A stretch of 64,000 nucleotides of DNA from a virus: IMG/VR virus record IMGVR_UViG_3300037840_000227, positions 1-64,000 of that record, one strand, 5' to 3'. Of this stretch, positions 34,637-45,058 are shown piece by piece. Positions within the stretch are counted from its first letter, which is position 1. Every line of letters begins with the position of its first letter. The position numbers and the translations under genes are program-made. The notes beneath the pieces were generated by a model. It saw only the letters and a list, made by a program, of their open reading frames with translations, did not search any database and was not told the origin of the DNA.

Positions 34637-37600
34637 GTGGTTCAGCTTCCTGGCCAAGATGCGATCGCCCCGCTTCCCGACAATCTTCCACGCCGTATTG
34701 GCGTCGGCGGGTGGCGGCCCGAGGTGCTCGAGCAAAATGCGCAGCAATTTGCGCACGGCTTCGAAACCTTGGGGATGGACATCGGGCTTTACGACGCCTC
34801 GCAGCAGCGGGCGCAGGACGCGCTTAGTCAGGCCAAGGCGAGGAGCGCGGCCGAGGTCAGCAATATCCAGACTCAGAATGACCTCGCCAATGAGACGGAT
34901 CCAGCCAAGGCCGCTGGCTACATCCAGAAATTCCAGGGCAATGTAAACAGCGCCGCCTCCATGATCCCGGAGGGTCCGCAACGCGACAACTTCCTGACTG
35001 AACAGGCGCCGACTCTGGCGCGCTCAACCGTCGGCGTCTTCAACCATATCAATAACCTCAATAATAACCAGGACTTAGCGGACTTCACCAATAACGAGAC
35101 GACGGCGATCAACGCGGCGCTCTCTACCCCGGATGACGCTCAGCGCGGCAGGGTGCTTGCGAACCTCCAGGCGCAAGGGCAGGCGCTTGTCGATAAGGGC
35201 GTGATGACGCCGGAGCAGTGGGCTCTCCGGCAGCAGAATGTTGCGAAAACCTACGGCATCACCTGGACTAAGAACGAAGCGCTCACCGCTGATCAAACCG
35301 GCGACACCTCGCGCATTCGCGCGATGCTGCCTAATTTCCTAACCTCGCCCGATGGGGCCGGCGGCGCAACGCCAGTGCCCAACGACTTGAATTGGGCCAA
35401 GGGCTCCGGATCATTCCAGGCCTATGGAGCGCAGAACGATCTGCCCCAGAAGGCCAATTTCCTGATGGGCGCCGCGGTATCGCGGCTCGGCGCGAGCCAG
35501 ACAGGCGCCGCAGCGATTGTCGGCAATGCCGTCTCAGAGAGCGGCCTTTCAACGACAGTCGGCAATTGGAAGAACGAGGATTCGCACGGGCTCTTCCAAT
35601 GGAATGACGCGGCAGGCGTACGGCGATGGAGTAAATTCCAGGAGTGGGCGACCTCCATCGATGCTGATCCCGGCAACCCAATGACGCAGTTGGCCTACGC
35701 CAAGGTTGAGGCAAGCCAAATGCGCGGCCCCAATGGCATGAGCGTTTGGCAGGCCGTCAATAGCGCGCCAACTGTCAAGGAAGCATCCGATATTTGGATG
35801 CGCTACTTCGAAGCGCCGAAAGATCAGGGCGCGGGCGCCAGCGCGGCAAGAGCGCGAGAGGCGATGGGCGCCTACCGCACTTACTCGACTGGACAGCCGA
35901 ATGCCTTCGTCGGACTGCCGCCGCCGGCGCAGGTCGCCTCGCCGGACAGCGCAGCGGTGACGCAAGTCGACTTCAGCCCAACGAATCCACAGCCCATCCC
36001 GCCGCGCGCGCAATGGCCGGATGGCGCGGCCAGTGCGGCGCACACTTCCACCGGCGAGCTCGTCTATGTCGGCCATGACGGAACGCCGCTAGGCGGCCAG
36101 ACCGGCGGCGGGACGCCAGCGAATGAGGGCGGCGCGGCCCCTCTCTCACCACCGAGAAGTCAGTGGCCGGATGGTGCAAAGGCCATCGTTCACCAGGGGG
36201 ATGGATCGCTCGCCTATGTCATGTCGGATGGGACGCTCGAGCCTGTGCCTGGCTCCCGCGCGACGGGCTCGCCGGGCGCGATGGCGCCAACTAAGACAGG
36301 AACCATCCTCGATCACATACCCCCGCAAGAAAGAGCGGAACTCGGCATTTATCTCGCCAACGAGGCGACGCGGATCGAACGTCGCAATTACGAAGCCTCC
36401 AAGCAGCAGGTTACGCTAGCCAAGGAGTCAATGAAGGGAATCCAAAGCGATCTGGTGAATGGCCAGCCTGTTCCGGATCAGACGATAAACACTATCGTCG
36501 CGCCTCTCTTGCACCACCCCAATCCAGAGGTGAAGCAGATGGCGGCGAACATCATGAACATCCGCGATAACCTCGCGCACTTCAAAGGGCAAACCCCCGC
36601 CCAGGTCGAGGATGGCATTATCAATCAGCAAGCCGAATACAACCAGGCGGTCAAGGCCAACCCTGGCGATCCACTCAATGAGATGCGATTCCAGACCTTG
36701 CAGGCATCGAAGGCCTATCTGAAGGCATATCAGACGGACATCAGCAAGAATACGCTCGAGCGCGCGGTGCGCGAGGATGTGCTGCCGAACGGCCTCACGC
36801 CACTCAATCCGACTGATCCAAGTATCGTGCAGGAGTTCACCCAGCGCGCCGCGGAAGCGCAGAAGGTGGCTGATTTCTATCACCTGCCGGAGCCGGTCTA
36901 TCTCACCCAGCAAGATCGCGTGCAGTTCAAGCGCATGGCGGCGGCAGGCGGCCAGCCGATGGCCGAACTTGCCGCCAACGCGGTGGCGGGTCTTGGCAGC
37001 CGGGCCGGGACGATGTTCAAGCAGATCGGCGGCGACGCGCCGGCCTTTGTCAGCCTGGGCCAGCTCATGCTCCAAGGCACGTCCAAGCAGAATATCGACG
37101 ACATCGCTCACTATACGGCGGCGGCGAACGATAAAGAGGCCAAGCGCGATTTGCCGCGGATCACCGATTCCGTCCTCGCCCGCTCGAAGGCGGACGATCC
37201 GCTCGGCACGACGGGGAACACCAACAATCCATTGGAGGGATTCGGGCCGGACTATCAGGGCCGCATTCGTCAGACTGCCAACATTCTCGGTGGCGCCTGG
37301 TCCGCGCGGGACGGCAAGGATCCCAAGATTGATCTCGATACGAATTATTACACCACGGAGTGGTTCAACCGCGCCTACACCGCCGCGCTCGGCGGTGAGA
37401 TGGTGAACGGCAAGCAGTACGGCGGCGTCGCGAATTATGGCGGCGGCAATTTCTTCTCGCCATCGACATGGAATAACCACCCTATGACGCAGAAAATCCT
37501 CGTGCCGCCAAACGTGAAGGCCGAGGATATGGGCTCGCTCGTCGCCCGCATTACCGACGACGACTTGAGCAAAATGCCGCGGCCGCCTGTCGATCCCGCC

Positions 37601-37924
37601 GGCCATCCTATCTCCGCCGCCCAAATCAGGAATGGCTATCTTACGGCCATTCCTGATCAGGACGACGGGATATTTCATGGCCGCTATGGCGTTATTCTTG
37701 GCGATCCGCATGACGAAGGCCACCGTCCAGTGCTCAGCAAGGATGGGAAGCCCTTCGAGCTCAACCTCAGCGCAGGAACGCTTGCCGAGGCGCTCAAGAA
37801 GCGCTCGCCGGAATCCTATCGTGACGCGCCGCCGCCGCTCCGCGGGCCAGGCGCTCCTTTGCGGAACCTGCCGGGAATGTTAGAGGCGGGTGAGGAGCCT
37901 GCTACCGCAACTGCGACGGAGTAA
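34637..37924 (+). CDS. Large internal virion/ejection protein with phage-tail lysozyme domain
   Basis: AAAIVGN...ESGL...GLFQW....R...QL.Y...E...A....F.RYFEAP; two PPR.QWPDGA repeats. Confidence 0.78.
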   Translation: MVQLPGQDAIAPLPDNLPRRIGVGGWRPEVLEQNAQQFAHGFETLGMDIGLYDASQQRAQDALSQAKARSAAEVSNIQTQNDLANETDPAKAAGYIQKFQGNVNSAASMIPEGPQRDNFLTEQAPTLARSTVGVFNHINNLNNNQDLADFTNNETTAINAALSTPDDAQRGRVLANLQAQGQALVDKGVMTPEQWALRQQNVAKTYGITWTKNEALTADQTGDTSRIRAMLPNFLTSPDGAGGATPVPNDLNWAKGSGSFQAYGAQNDLPQKANFLMGAAVSRLGASQTGAAAIVGNAVSESGLSTTVGNWKNEDSHGLFQWNDAAGVRRWSKFQEWATSIDADPGNPMTQLAYAKVEASQMRGPNGMSVWQAVNSAPTVKEASDIWMRYFEAPKDQGAGASAARAREAMGAYRTYSTGQPNAFVGLPPPAQVASPDSAAVTQVDFSPTNPQPIPPRAQWPDGAASAAHTSTGELVYVGHDGTPLGGQTGGGTPANEGGAAPLSPPRSQWPDGAKAIVHQGDGSLAYVMSDGTLEPVPGSRATGSPGAMAPTKTGTILDHIPPQERAELGIYLANEATRIERRNYEASKQQVTLAKESMKGIQSDLVNGQPVPDQTINTIVAPLLHHPNPEVKQMAANIMNIRDNLAHFKGQTPAQVEDGIINQQAEYNQAVKANPGDPLNEMRFQTLQASKAYLKAYQTDISKNTLERAVREDVLPNGLTPLNPTDPSIVQEFTQRAAEAQKVADFYHLPEPVYLTQQDRVQFKRMAAAGGQPMAELAANAVAGLGSRAGTMFKQIGGDAPAFVSLGQLMLQGTSKQNIDDIAHYTAAANDKEAKRDLPRITDSVLARSKADDPLGTTGNTNNPLEGFGPDYQGRIRQTANILGGAWSARDGKDPKIDLDTNYYTTEWFNRAYTAALGGEMVNGKQYGGVANYGGGNFFSPSTWNNHPMTQKILVPPNVKAEDMGSLVARITDDDLSKMPRPPVDPAGHPISAAQIRNGYLTAIPDQDDGIFHGRYGVILGDPHDEGHRPVLSKDGKPFELNLSAGTLAEALKKRSPESYRDAPPPLRGPGAPLRNLPGMLEAGEEPATATATE

Positions 37925-37926
37925 AA

Positions 37927-40900
37927 GTGGCCCTCGATCCAGACGCCGCTGGCGGGGATTTCTCCAACTCCCCGGCCTTCTCAAACCACTACTCGCCGGC
38001 AACCGCCGACGCCGAGGCGCCACCGTTTTCGGATCACTTCAAGAATTTCAGCGAGTCGATGGCGGACCTTGCGGGACGCATTGGCGGCGCTGGGGTAGGC
38101 CTCGCCAAGCAGATCGGCGAGACAGAAGCCGAAGCGCCCGGCGCGCCGGATCAGAAATTCTTTGGAACGCGCGATCCTGATTTGCTCGGCCGCGTCGCCT
38201 CAACTGCGGCTTCGAGCGCCCAATATAGCGGGCCTCTCGGGTTTGGCATCGCCATGGGCGACGCTGTCGAACAGCGCAACGACGCCATTAAGGATGCGGC
38301 CGGCGTCGAGATGAAAAACCCCTTCAGCGGGGATTATCGCGATCAGGCCGAAGCGCAGATGATCAAGGAGGCGCTGCAATTGCCCCCGGATCAGAGGCCA
38401 ATCTTCGGCTCGGAGGAATGGCAGCAGCGCCAGCGTGATCTTGAGTTCTCGCTCTATCAGCAGGATCTTCACAATCTTGCAGAGAAGTATTCCGGCAATT
38501 CGGATCGCGAGCGCGACATTCTCGCCGCCATCGGCGCGGATCGCGATGTTCGCCAGGATGCATCTTCGCTCGCCAACCAGCAGGCCTCGATCGCGAACCT
38601 TGCTTATGAAAAGTCCGGCGGGGGGTTCTTCCCACTGGCCGCAGCGGCGGGTGGCGAGTTTGGCGGCGGCTTCCGCGATCCAGTTACTCTCCTTTCCTTG
38701 CTTGCCTCTGGGCCGGAACGGCAGATTGCGATGCCAGCCATCAGGCGCATTGCGACAACGATGACGGAACAGGGCGCCTTTACTGGCCTAACGACAGCTC
38801 TCTTCGAACCAGAGGTGCAGGCCTTCAACAAGCAGCGCGGCGAGGACAATGGCCTCTGGCCGGCGCTGAAGGATATCGGCGGCTCGGCGCTCTTCGGCGG
38901 CGTTGCCGGCGGACTTATCGAGGGCGTCAAGCAGATCGGCCATGCCTTCGCCGGCTCGCAGCAACAGGCGGCGATAGAGGAATTCATTCGGCAGGCGCAA
39001 TCGCATGGGCCGATGTCGCCTGGGGCTAGGAAGTTTTGGGATGACGTGCAGGCGTGGGAGAATCGCCCGCAAGCGCCGGCTGGACTCCTCGAAGCGCCGC
39101 GGCCGCCGGGCGAGCCGCCGCCCAAGCCAACGAAGGGCGCCGCCAAGCCGCCGATCGAGGTTCCGCCTGGGGCGGAGAATCTCCCCGCCACGACAGCGAT
39201 CACGCCGGGCCGGATCGAAAACGCGGAGCTCGATCACCTCGCCTCGCCGCCGGCTATCCCCGGCGTTCCGCCCTCGGAAGCGCTGCGTGTCTATGAAGGC
39301 CTCGTCCAGCACGGCGAGAACCCGGATACTGTCGCCCCGCCGGCGCCGCCAATGCACGCGCCGCCCTCTGGGCCAATCATCGTCACGCCTGATCATCAGG
39401 GAATGCCGGAACGCTCCGCTGGCTACACTGGCACGATCGATGGCAAGCCAGTCACCTATCAGTCCTTCGATCCCCGGACGCTTGGAACCGACGCCCAGGC
39501 CTTTCAGTATAAGGGCGGCGCCGATCAGGCCGGCGTGACGCACAGGCTTGCGAGCGTGCAGCGCTGGGCTCCTCTCGCAGCGGGGCATGTGGTTGTCTTC
39601 GAGCGTGATAACGGCCAGCAATTCATTGTCGACGGCCACCAGCGGCTCGGGCTGGCCAGGAGGCTCGCTGGCGCCCAAACGGACGGGCAAATGCCCATCC
39701 GTTTCGATGGCGCGCTTCTCAAGGAATCCGATGGCTGGACGCCGGCTGATGCGCGTGCGATCGCGGCGAAGAAGAATATCCAGGAAGGCTCCGGCGAGCC
39801 GCTCGACACCGCGCGGGTTTTCCGCGACCGGCCGGATATGTGGGATGACAGCCTTCCTATCACCTCAGGACGTCTCAAGCAGGCCAAGGGCCTCGCAGAA
39901 CTGTCCGAGCCGGCCTGGGAGATGGCGGTCAACGGCCTCGTTCCGCACAATTACGCCTCGCTCGTTGGCCGCATGATGCCGCAGAAGGAGAATCATGCGG
40001 CGGTGATGGCGGAGCTGGCCAAATTCAGCCCGCAGAGCGAGAACGAAGCCCGGATGATGATCGCCGACGCCAATAGCGCCGGCTTCGCGCGCGATGTGCA
40101 AGAGACGCTTTTTGGAAAAGAGGAAGCCACCCGCTCGCTGATGCGGGAGCGCGCGCAGGTCTATTCCTCGGTTATTTCATTGCTCAACGAGGACAAGCAT
40201 GTCTTCCAGACTCTCGACCGGGAGGCGCAGCGAATCGAGGCGGCGGGGAATGTCCTAGTCGATACTAACGCCAGCCGGGCGGAGCGCGCCGGGCAGCTCA
40301 GTCAACTGATCGGGAAGCTTGCCGTTCGGCAGGGCCCCATCTCTGCGGCATTGAACCGCGCAGCCGCGCGCGTCGCTGCAGGGGATGAAAAGCCAAAAGA
40401 TGCAGCGCGTGCGTTCCTCAGTGACATCACCGACCTTGTTGGCAAAGATGGGATTCGGCTCGACAGGTTCACCCAGGACGGCTCGCAGGGCTCCGAGGTC
40501 GCCGAAACACCGCAGGAGATCAAGGCTCAGTCGGATGCGATGGAGCGCGAGCTCTTAGCCACGCTGCCGGCGCGGGCGCCTGTCGCTACGCCAGCGCCGC
40601 CGCCTGCTGCGCCATCCGGCCTCATGTCCACTCTCGGGACCGGACTCCCCGGCGTCGATCGCATCCTGGCCGATCCTTATGTGTCCGAGGCCATCGGCAA
40701 CCCGATCATCAACCGGAAGAACGACGTCCCCTACGGCGCGGGCCCCAACAACAAGGACGATCGCATCACCAACGTTGACCGCCATGTGCCCAAGACGGAT
40801 ACCGTCAATGGCGTGGCGTACGATCCGGCTAAGCCTGTCGTCATCCACGAGCAAGTCGAGAAGCACGTTCTCAACCGCCTCATTGCCGCAGGCGTGTCGG

Positions 40901-41625
40901 CGGAGAAGGCTTACCCGATGGCGCATTTCGGATTTGCCGAACCTGCCGAAGAGGCATGGGTGCAAACCAACCTCGGCCAGGATGCATGGCCTGAATATCA
41001 GGCTCATTGGGCCAAGTGGCTCAAGCCGATCGATCACGAGAACCCGAAGAACCCGCCGAAGGACTTGTTCCAGAAGCCCTATCCGCACGACGACGATCAT
41101 CTCGCGCCGCAGGACAAGGGCAGCTTCGAGGCCTCTGAAAAGGCAGGCGAGCCAGAGTCAGCGCAGATGCGCGCCGAGGCGGAGCGCATTCTCGGCCTTG
41201 AGGGCATGAGCCCGGCGGAGAGTCTCGCCCGCCATGCGGTTCATGAGGCCGTCACCGCCGCCGCGCAATCGCCAAGTCCGCTCGATCGTCAGATTGGCGA
41301 GATTATCGGCAAGGAAGCCCCTGAGGTTCTCGGAGCGGCGTTCCCGTCCGAGGCTGGCCCCGAGGGGACGCAGCAGACCCTCGTGCCGGGCGTCAAGCCG
41401 GTAACGGACGCCGATCGCCTACGCGCCGCCGCTGGCCAGCCCATGCGCGGCGGCAACGCGCCACCGGCAGAGGGGGGATTGTTCGATGAGGTGGGCCGCG
41501 CGCAGCCAGACATTTTTGATATGGTAGTCGATGATAAGGGCAACCTGCGTGAGAAGGGAGACGTTCTACAAAGCGTTTCCCGTGAAACATATCTCGCCAA
41601 ACTGATCGGGGAGTGTGAGGTCTAG
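37927..41625 (+). CDS. Large internal virion/ejection protein with ParB-like domain
   Basis: FQYK...G...VVFE..NG..FIVDGHQRL.LA...A..KNI.EGSG ParB-like segment; HEQVE...AH segment. Confidence 0.75.
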   Translation: MALDPDAAGGDFSNSPAFSNHYSPATADAEAPPFSDHFKNFSESMADLAGRIGGAGVGLAKQIGETEAEAPGAPDQKFFGTRDPDLLGRVASTAASSAQYSGPLGFGIAMGDAVEQRNDAIKDAAGVEMKNPFSGDYRDQAEAQMIKEALQLPPDQRPIFGSEEWQQRQRDLEFSLYQQDLHNLAEKYSGNSDRERDILAAIGADRDVRQDASSLANQQASIANLAYEKSGGGFFPLAAAAGGEFGGGFRDPVTLLSLLASGPERQIAMPAIRRIATTMTEQGAFTGLTTALFEPEVQAFNKQRGEDNGLWPALKDIGGSALFGGVAGGLIEGVKQIGHAFAGSQQQAAIEEFIRQAQSHGPMSPGARKFWDDVQAWENRPQAPAGLLEAPRPPGEPPPKPTKGAAKPPIEVPPGAENLPATTAITPGRIENAELDHLASPPAIPGVPPSEALRVYEGLVQHGENPDTVAPPAPPMHAPPSGPIIVTPDHQGMPERSAGYTGTIDGKPVTYQSFDPRTLGTDAQAFQYKGGADQAGVTHRLASVQRWAPLAAGHVVVFERDNGQQFIVDGHQRLGLARRLAGAQTDGQMPIRFDGALLKESDGWTPADARAIAAKKNIQEGSGEPLDTARVFRDRPDMWDDSLPITSGRLKQAKGLAELSEPAWEMAVNGLVPHNYASLVGRMMPQKENHAAVMAELAKFSPQSENEARMMIADANSAGFARDVQETLFGKEEATRSLMRERAQVYSSVISLLNEDKHVFQTLDREAQRIEAAGNVLVDTNASRAERAGQLSQLIGKLAVRQGPISAALNRAAARVAAGDEKPKDAARAFLSDITDLVGKDGIRLDRFTQDGSQGSEVAETPQEIKAQSDAMERELLATLPARAPVATPAPPPAAPSGLMSTLGTGLPGVDRILADPYVSEAIGNPIINRKNDVPYGAGPNNKDDRITNVDRHVPKTDTVNGVAYDPAKPVVIHEQVEKHVLNRLIAAGVSAEKAYPMAHFGFAEPAEEAWVQTNLGQDAWPEYQAHWAKWLKPIDHENPKNPPKDLFQKPYPHDDDHLAPQDKGSFEASEKAGEPESAQMRAEAERILGLEGMSPAESLARHAVHEAVTAAAQSPSPLDRQIGEIIGKEAPEVLGAAFPSEAGPEGTQQTLVPGVKPVTDADRLRAAAGQPMRGGNAPPAEGGLFDEVGRAQPDIFDMVVDDKGNLREKGDVLQSVSRETYLAKLIGECEV

Positions 41626-44375
41626 TGTCTTTCGAATCTTGCATCGACGGCATGATTGCTCGCGCTGAAATCTCCCGCGACGAGGGCGAGGAGATGAAGC
41701 GTCGCTATCGTGACGCCCTGCGCAGCGGGAGGGCGCCCCCGCTTGCCCGCGACGAAGCGCAGCGGCAAATGGACATTGCCGGCGTTCGCTCGCGCTGGCG
41801 CGAGAATGCATCGATCCAAGCGCTCGATCAGATCAAGAAAGACCTCATCTCCTTCCGGGATCCGTGGGGACGCCAGAATATCGTTGAAGCCGGCTACAAC
41901 CTCTTCGAAAACTTCGGCTATGCTGGCTACCCGGCGGTGAAGCAACTCGGCGAAGCCTACATCGGCCTGATGCACAGCCGCCTCACCGATTATCTCCAGG
42001 CCTATGAGCGCAAAGCCATCACCGGGCGCCGTCGCGGCGGTAGGGCGCTCGACAAGGACATCAAGCGCGCGCTCTTCGGCGAGCGCGCCCCGCCGCGCGC
42101 AACGGCCTTGGCGAAATTGCTCAATCAAGAGTTTGAGTTCGCCCGGCAGACGTTCAATCGCTTTGCCGGTCCGGGCAGCATCCCTAAGATGGAGAATTGG
42201 GGCGGTCCGCAGGGGCATGACGACGCCGCCCTCTTGCGCTTCGGCCAGAGCAAGATTCCGGCGGGCTGGGATCGCGATTACATCAAAGGCCTCGAGAAGC
42301 AGTTCCCCAACAATCCCCAAGCCTTCTCCAAGGAGGCCTGGGTGCGCTGGACGCATCCAAAACTCAATTGGACGAAGATGTGGGACCCGCTCACCGGCGA
42401 GCATTACCCCGCCTCCATGCCGCAGGAGAAGTCCTTCGCCATTCTCCACCATGTCTGGGAGACCGTGGCGACGGACGGCAAGATCAATATGCCCCCAAGC
42501 CGCCAGGCCGTGGGGCGCGGCTCCGTCGCCACATCTCGTTCCGATCATCGCTTTCTGATTTTCAAGGATGCCGACTCGGCGGAAGAGTACAATCGTGAAT
42601 GCGGCTCTGGCTCCGGCTTCAACCAGACGATGAATCACCTGCACGGGATGTGGCGGGACATCGCTCTGATGCACCGCTTCGGGCCCAACCCGAATGGCAC
42701 AGTCATGTGGCTCAAGCAGGCGATCGAGGAGCAATCGAACTTCCTGAAGACCGGCCACCCCAACATGTTGCCGACGCGGGCGAAGGGCTTTATTGGCCGC
42801 GCCCATGCGCCAATAGCCCACACGCCGCGCAACACCGCCGTCAAGACCGCCCATGCTCTGCGGACGATTGATGGCTTCTGGGAACAGCTCAATGGCTACA
42901 ATGCCGCGCAGAATAACCTCGCGCTCGCCGGCACGATCATGCGTAACTGGACGCTCGGCTCATTGCTGGGCTCTTCGGTGATCCCGCATGCCGTCGCCAA
43001 CCCAGCCATTCAAATGTATGCCCATTACGAGGGCGGCCTGCCAGTCGCGCGGGTGATCCCAGACTTCCTCCGTGCGCTCTATAACCGCTCGAGGCCAGAG
43101 GAGATGCTCCGGGCCGGCGTTGATACGGAGAATGCGCTCTTCCAGATCGGCTCGCTTGCCCGGCAGCAGTCGGCATTCGCCAAGGTCGCCAACTGGACGC
43201 GGTGGCTCCCTGACCGGACAACCCACTGGTCACAGCTCATCCCCTTCCTTGACGCCTTCAAGGCCGCTCACTTCCGCGGCTCGATGGCCTATCTTTCTGA
43301 TTTGCGGAAAATGTCGTGGGACAAATTGCCATCCCGCCTCAAGGGCAAGCTGCAGGGCTACGGCATCCGCGAGCCGGATTGGAAGGTGATGCAGCTCGCG
43401 CCGGAGTATCAGCCAGTCGACATGTCAGCCAATTGGATGCGCGCGACTGACATCGCCAATATGCCGGCGGAGACGCCAGAGCAGATCAAGGCGATTCTCA
43501 CCGCGGCGGGGCGGCAATCGCTCGATCCGACGAACGATCAGCCGATCGCCCGGCAGGTTGCATTCGATACGGCGGTGAAATTCGTGACTTGGATGGTGGG
43601 CGAGCGCGAGGTTGCGGTTCCGCAATCCTCCATGCGGATGCGCGCCGAGTTCCTCGGCACCGCCAAGAAGGGAAGCTACTGGGGCGAACTCGCGCGTAAC
43701 GCCTTCCAGTTCAAGGGTTTCGTCGGCGCGTTCATGGTGACGCAATCCCAGGCGATCAAGCGCGAGCTGGGCGGCAGCAAGCTGGGCGGCATCGGCTTAG
43801 CTAGCACCATGTTTATCGTGCTCTCCTTGCTCGGCATGGTGAGCCTCCAACTCAAACAGGCGCGCAGCGGCAAGGATTTCTTGCCGATGAACCCCGATTC
43901 CACCTCAGGCATTGCCACATGGGCGCGCGCCATCCTGACGAGCCTATCCTTTGGCTTCGCCGGCGATTTCCTCGCCGCCGATCACACCAGCTATGGCCAG
44001 GGTCCATTCGAGACGCTTTTGGGGCCCGCGACGGCCCTCCCGGTCAGTGCCTATGAAATGGCCAAGGGGGCAGTCGAGAACCTCGGCGGCGGCTCGCGGT
44101 CCCGCAAGCCGTTCTCCGAGACGGCGGCGGATGCAGCCATAAAGCTCCTGCGGATGCAAACACCGTTCCTGTCAACGGCGTGGCCGTTCGCCGCCGCCTA
44201 CAACCGCTTGGTGCTCGACAAACTGCATTACATGATGAACCCCGAGGCGCACCGAGAGGACAGGCTTGGCGAAGAGCGCCTGCGCAAACAGACGGGAGGC
44301 CAAAGTTTCTTCTGGCGTCCCGGCGAGAGCGCGCCGAGCCGCCTGCCGCAGTTCACCACCGCGCCGCCGCGCTAG
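41625..44375 (+). CDS. Large internal virion/ejection protein (gp16-like)
   Basis: ENWG.PQ.HD, R.L.FKDA, FGPNP, GEL.R...QFK.F, G..GDFL motifs and hydrophobic C-terminal helices. Confidence 0.78.
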   Translation: MSFESCIDGMIARAEISRDEGEEMKRRYRDALRSGRAPPLARDEAQRQMDIAGVRSRWRENASIQALDQIKKDLISFRDPWGRQNIVEAGYNLFENFGYAGYPAVKQLGEAYIGLMHSRLTDYLQAYERKAITGRRRGGRALDKDIKRALFGERAPPRATALAKLLNQEFEFARQTFNRFAGPGSIPKMENWGGPQGHDDAALLRFGQSKIPAGWDRDYIKGLEKQFPNNPQAFSKEAWVRWTHPKLNWTKMWDPLTGEHYPASMPQEKSFAILHHVWETVATDGKINMPPSRQAVGRGSVATSRSDHRFLIFKDADSAEEYNRECGSGSGFNQTMNHLHGMWRDIALMHRFGPNPNGTVMWLKQAIEEQSNFLKTGHPNMLPTRAKGFIGRAHAPIAHTPRNTAVKTAHALRTIDGFWEQLNGYNAAQNNLALAGTIMRNWTLGSLLGSSVIPHAVANPAIQMYAHYEGGLPVARVIPDFLRALYNRSRPEEMLRAGVDTENALFQIGSLARQQSAFAKVANWTRWLPDRTTHWSQLIPFLDAFKAAHFRGSMAYLSDLRKMSWDKLPSRLKGKLQGYGIREPDWKVMQLAPEYQPVDMSANWMRATDIANMPAETPEQIKAILTAAGRQSLDPTNDQPIARQVAFDTAVKFVTWMVGEREVAVPQSSMRMRAEFLGTAKKGSYWGELARNAFQFKGFVGAFMVTQSQAIKRELGGSKLGGIGLASTMFIVLSLLGMVSLQLKQARSGKDFLPMNPDSTSGIATWARAILTSLSFGFAGDFLAADHTSYGQGPFETLLGPATALPVSAYEMAKGAVENLGGGSRSRKPFSETAADAAIKLLRMQTPFLSTAWPFAAAYNRLVLDKLHYMMNPEAHREDRLGEERLRKQTGGQSFFWRPGESAPSRLPQFTTAPPR

Positions 44376-44437
44376 CCGACTCTCGTCTAAATGTGGTAGC
44401 TATCCCCTCAAGCGCCACAATGGGCAGGGATTAGCCG

Positions 44438-45058
44438 GTGTCGACCTCACTGGACATCATCGACGGAATTCCAGATCAAATCGCGTATAAAGCGCCATGC
44501 GCTTGCGCTACTACAGGAGATTTAACTAATTCTATGATTGGGCTGATAACCGTGGATGGTTATCAGCTACTTCCGAACGACAGAGTATTGGTTTGGCAGA
44601 ATAGTGATGAACGTACCAATGGAGTCTACAACGCCTCTACTGGAGCATGGGTACGGGCGGTCGATTTCACCTCAACATCTGCTATAGGAGCGGGCACGCA
44701 GGTCTACGTCTACAACGGCGTTACTTACGCCGGCTCTGTCTTTGTTTGCCAAGCCCAAATGCCAGTCGTCGGCACATCGCCGATCACCTTCAATCGCCTT
44801 TCCATGTCGACCGCGCCAAATGTGGCGCAGCTCCCGATTACGCCCGGCCAGGCCAAGCGGGCGCTGGCGACGCTCGGCTACAATGTCGAGACACTCGAGA
44901 TGGCCATCCCGGCAGATAGCCAAAACTCGATCAACATCGCCATGAATGACGCCTTCTGGCCGATCGGCGGCGCGGCGTGGGCTTTCGTGCAGTCAACCTA
45001 CGGCATTACTGGCGCGCAGGTGACGGCGATCCAAAACACGGCGACGACAAATCGATGA
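44438..45058 (+). CDS. Tail fibre proximal/anchor-like protein
   Basis: K.PC..ATT...L.G..TVDG.....DRVLV..Q.....NGVY....GAW.RA.D motif common at phage fibre N-termini. Confidence 0.75.
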   Translation: MSTSLDIIDGIPDQIAYKAPCACATTGDLTNSMIGLITVDGYQLLPNDRVLVWQNSDERTNGVYNASTGAWVRAVDFTSTSAIGAGTQVYVYNGVTYAGSVFVCQAQMPVVGTSPITFNRLSMSTAPNVAQLPITPGQAKRALATLGYNVETLEMAIPADSQNSINIAMNDAFWPIGGAAWAFVQSTYGITGAQVTAIQNTATTNR

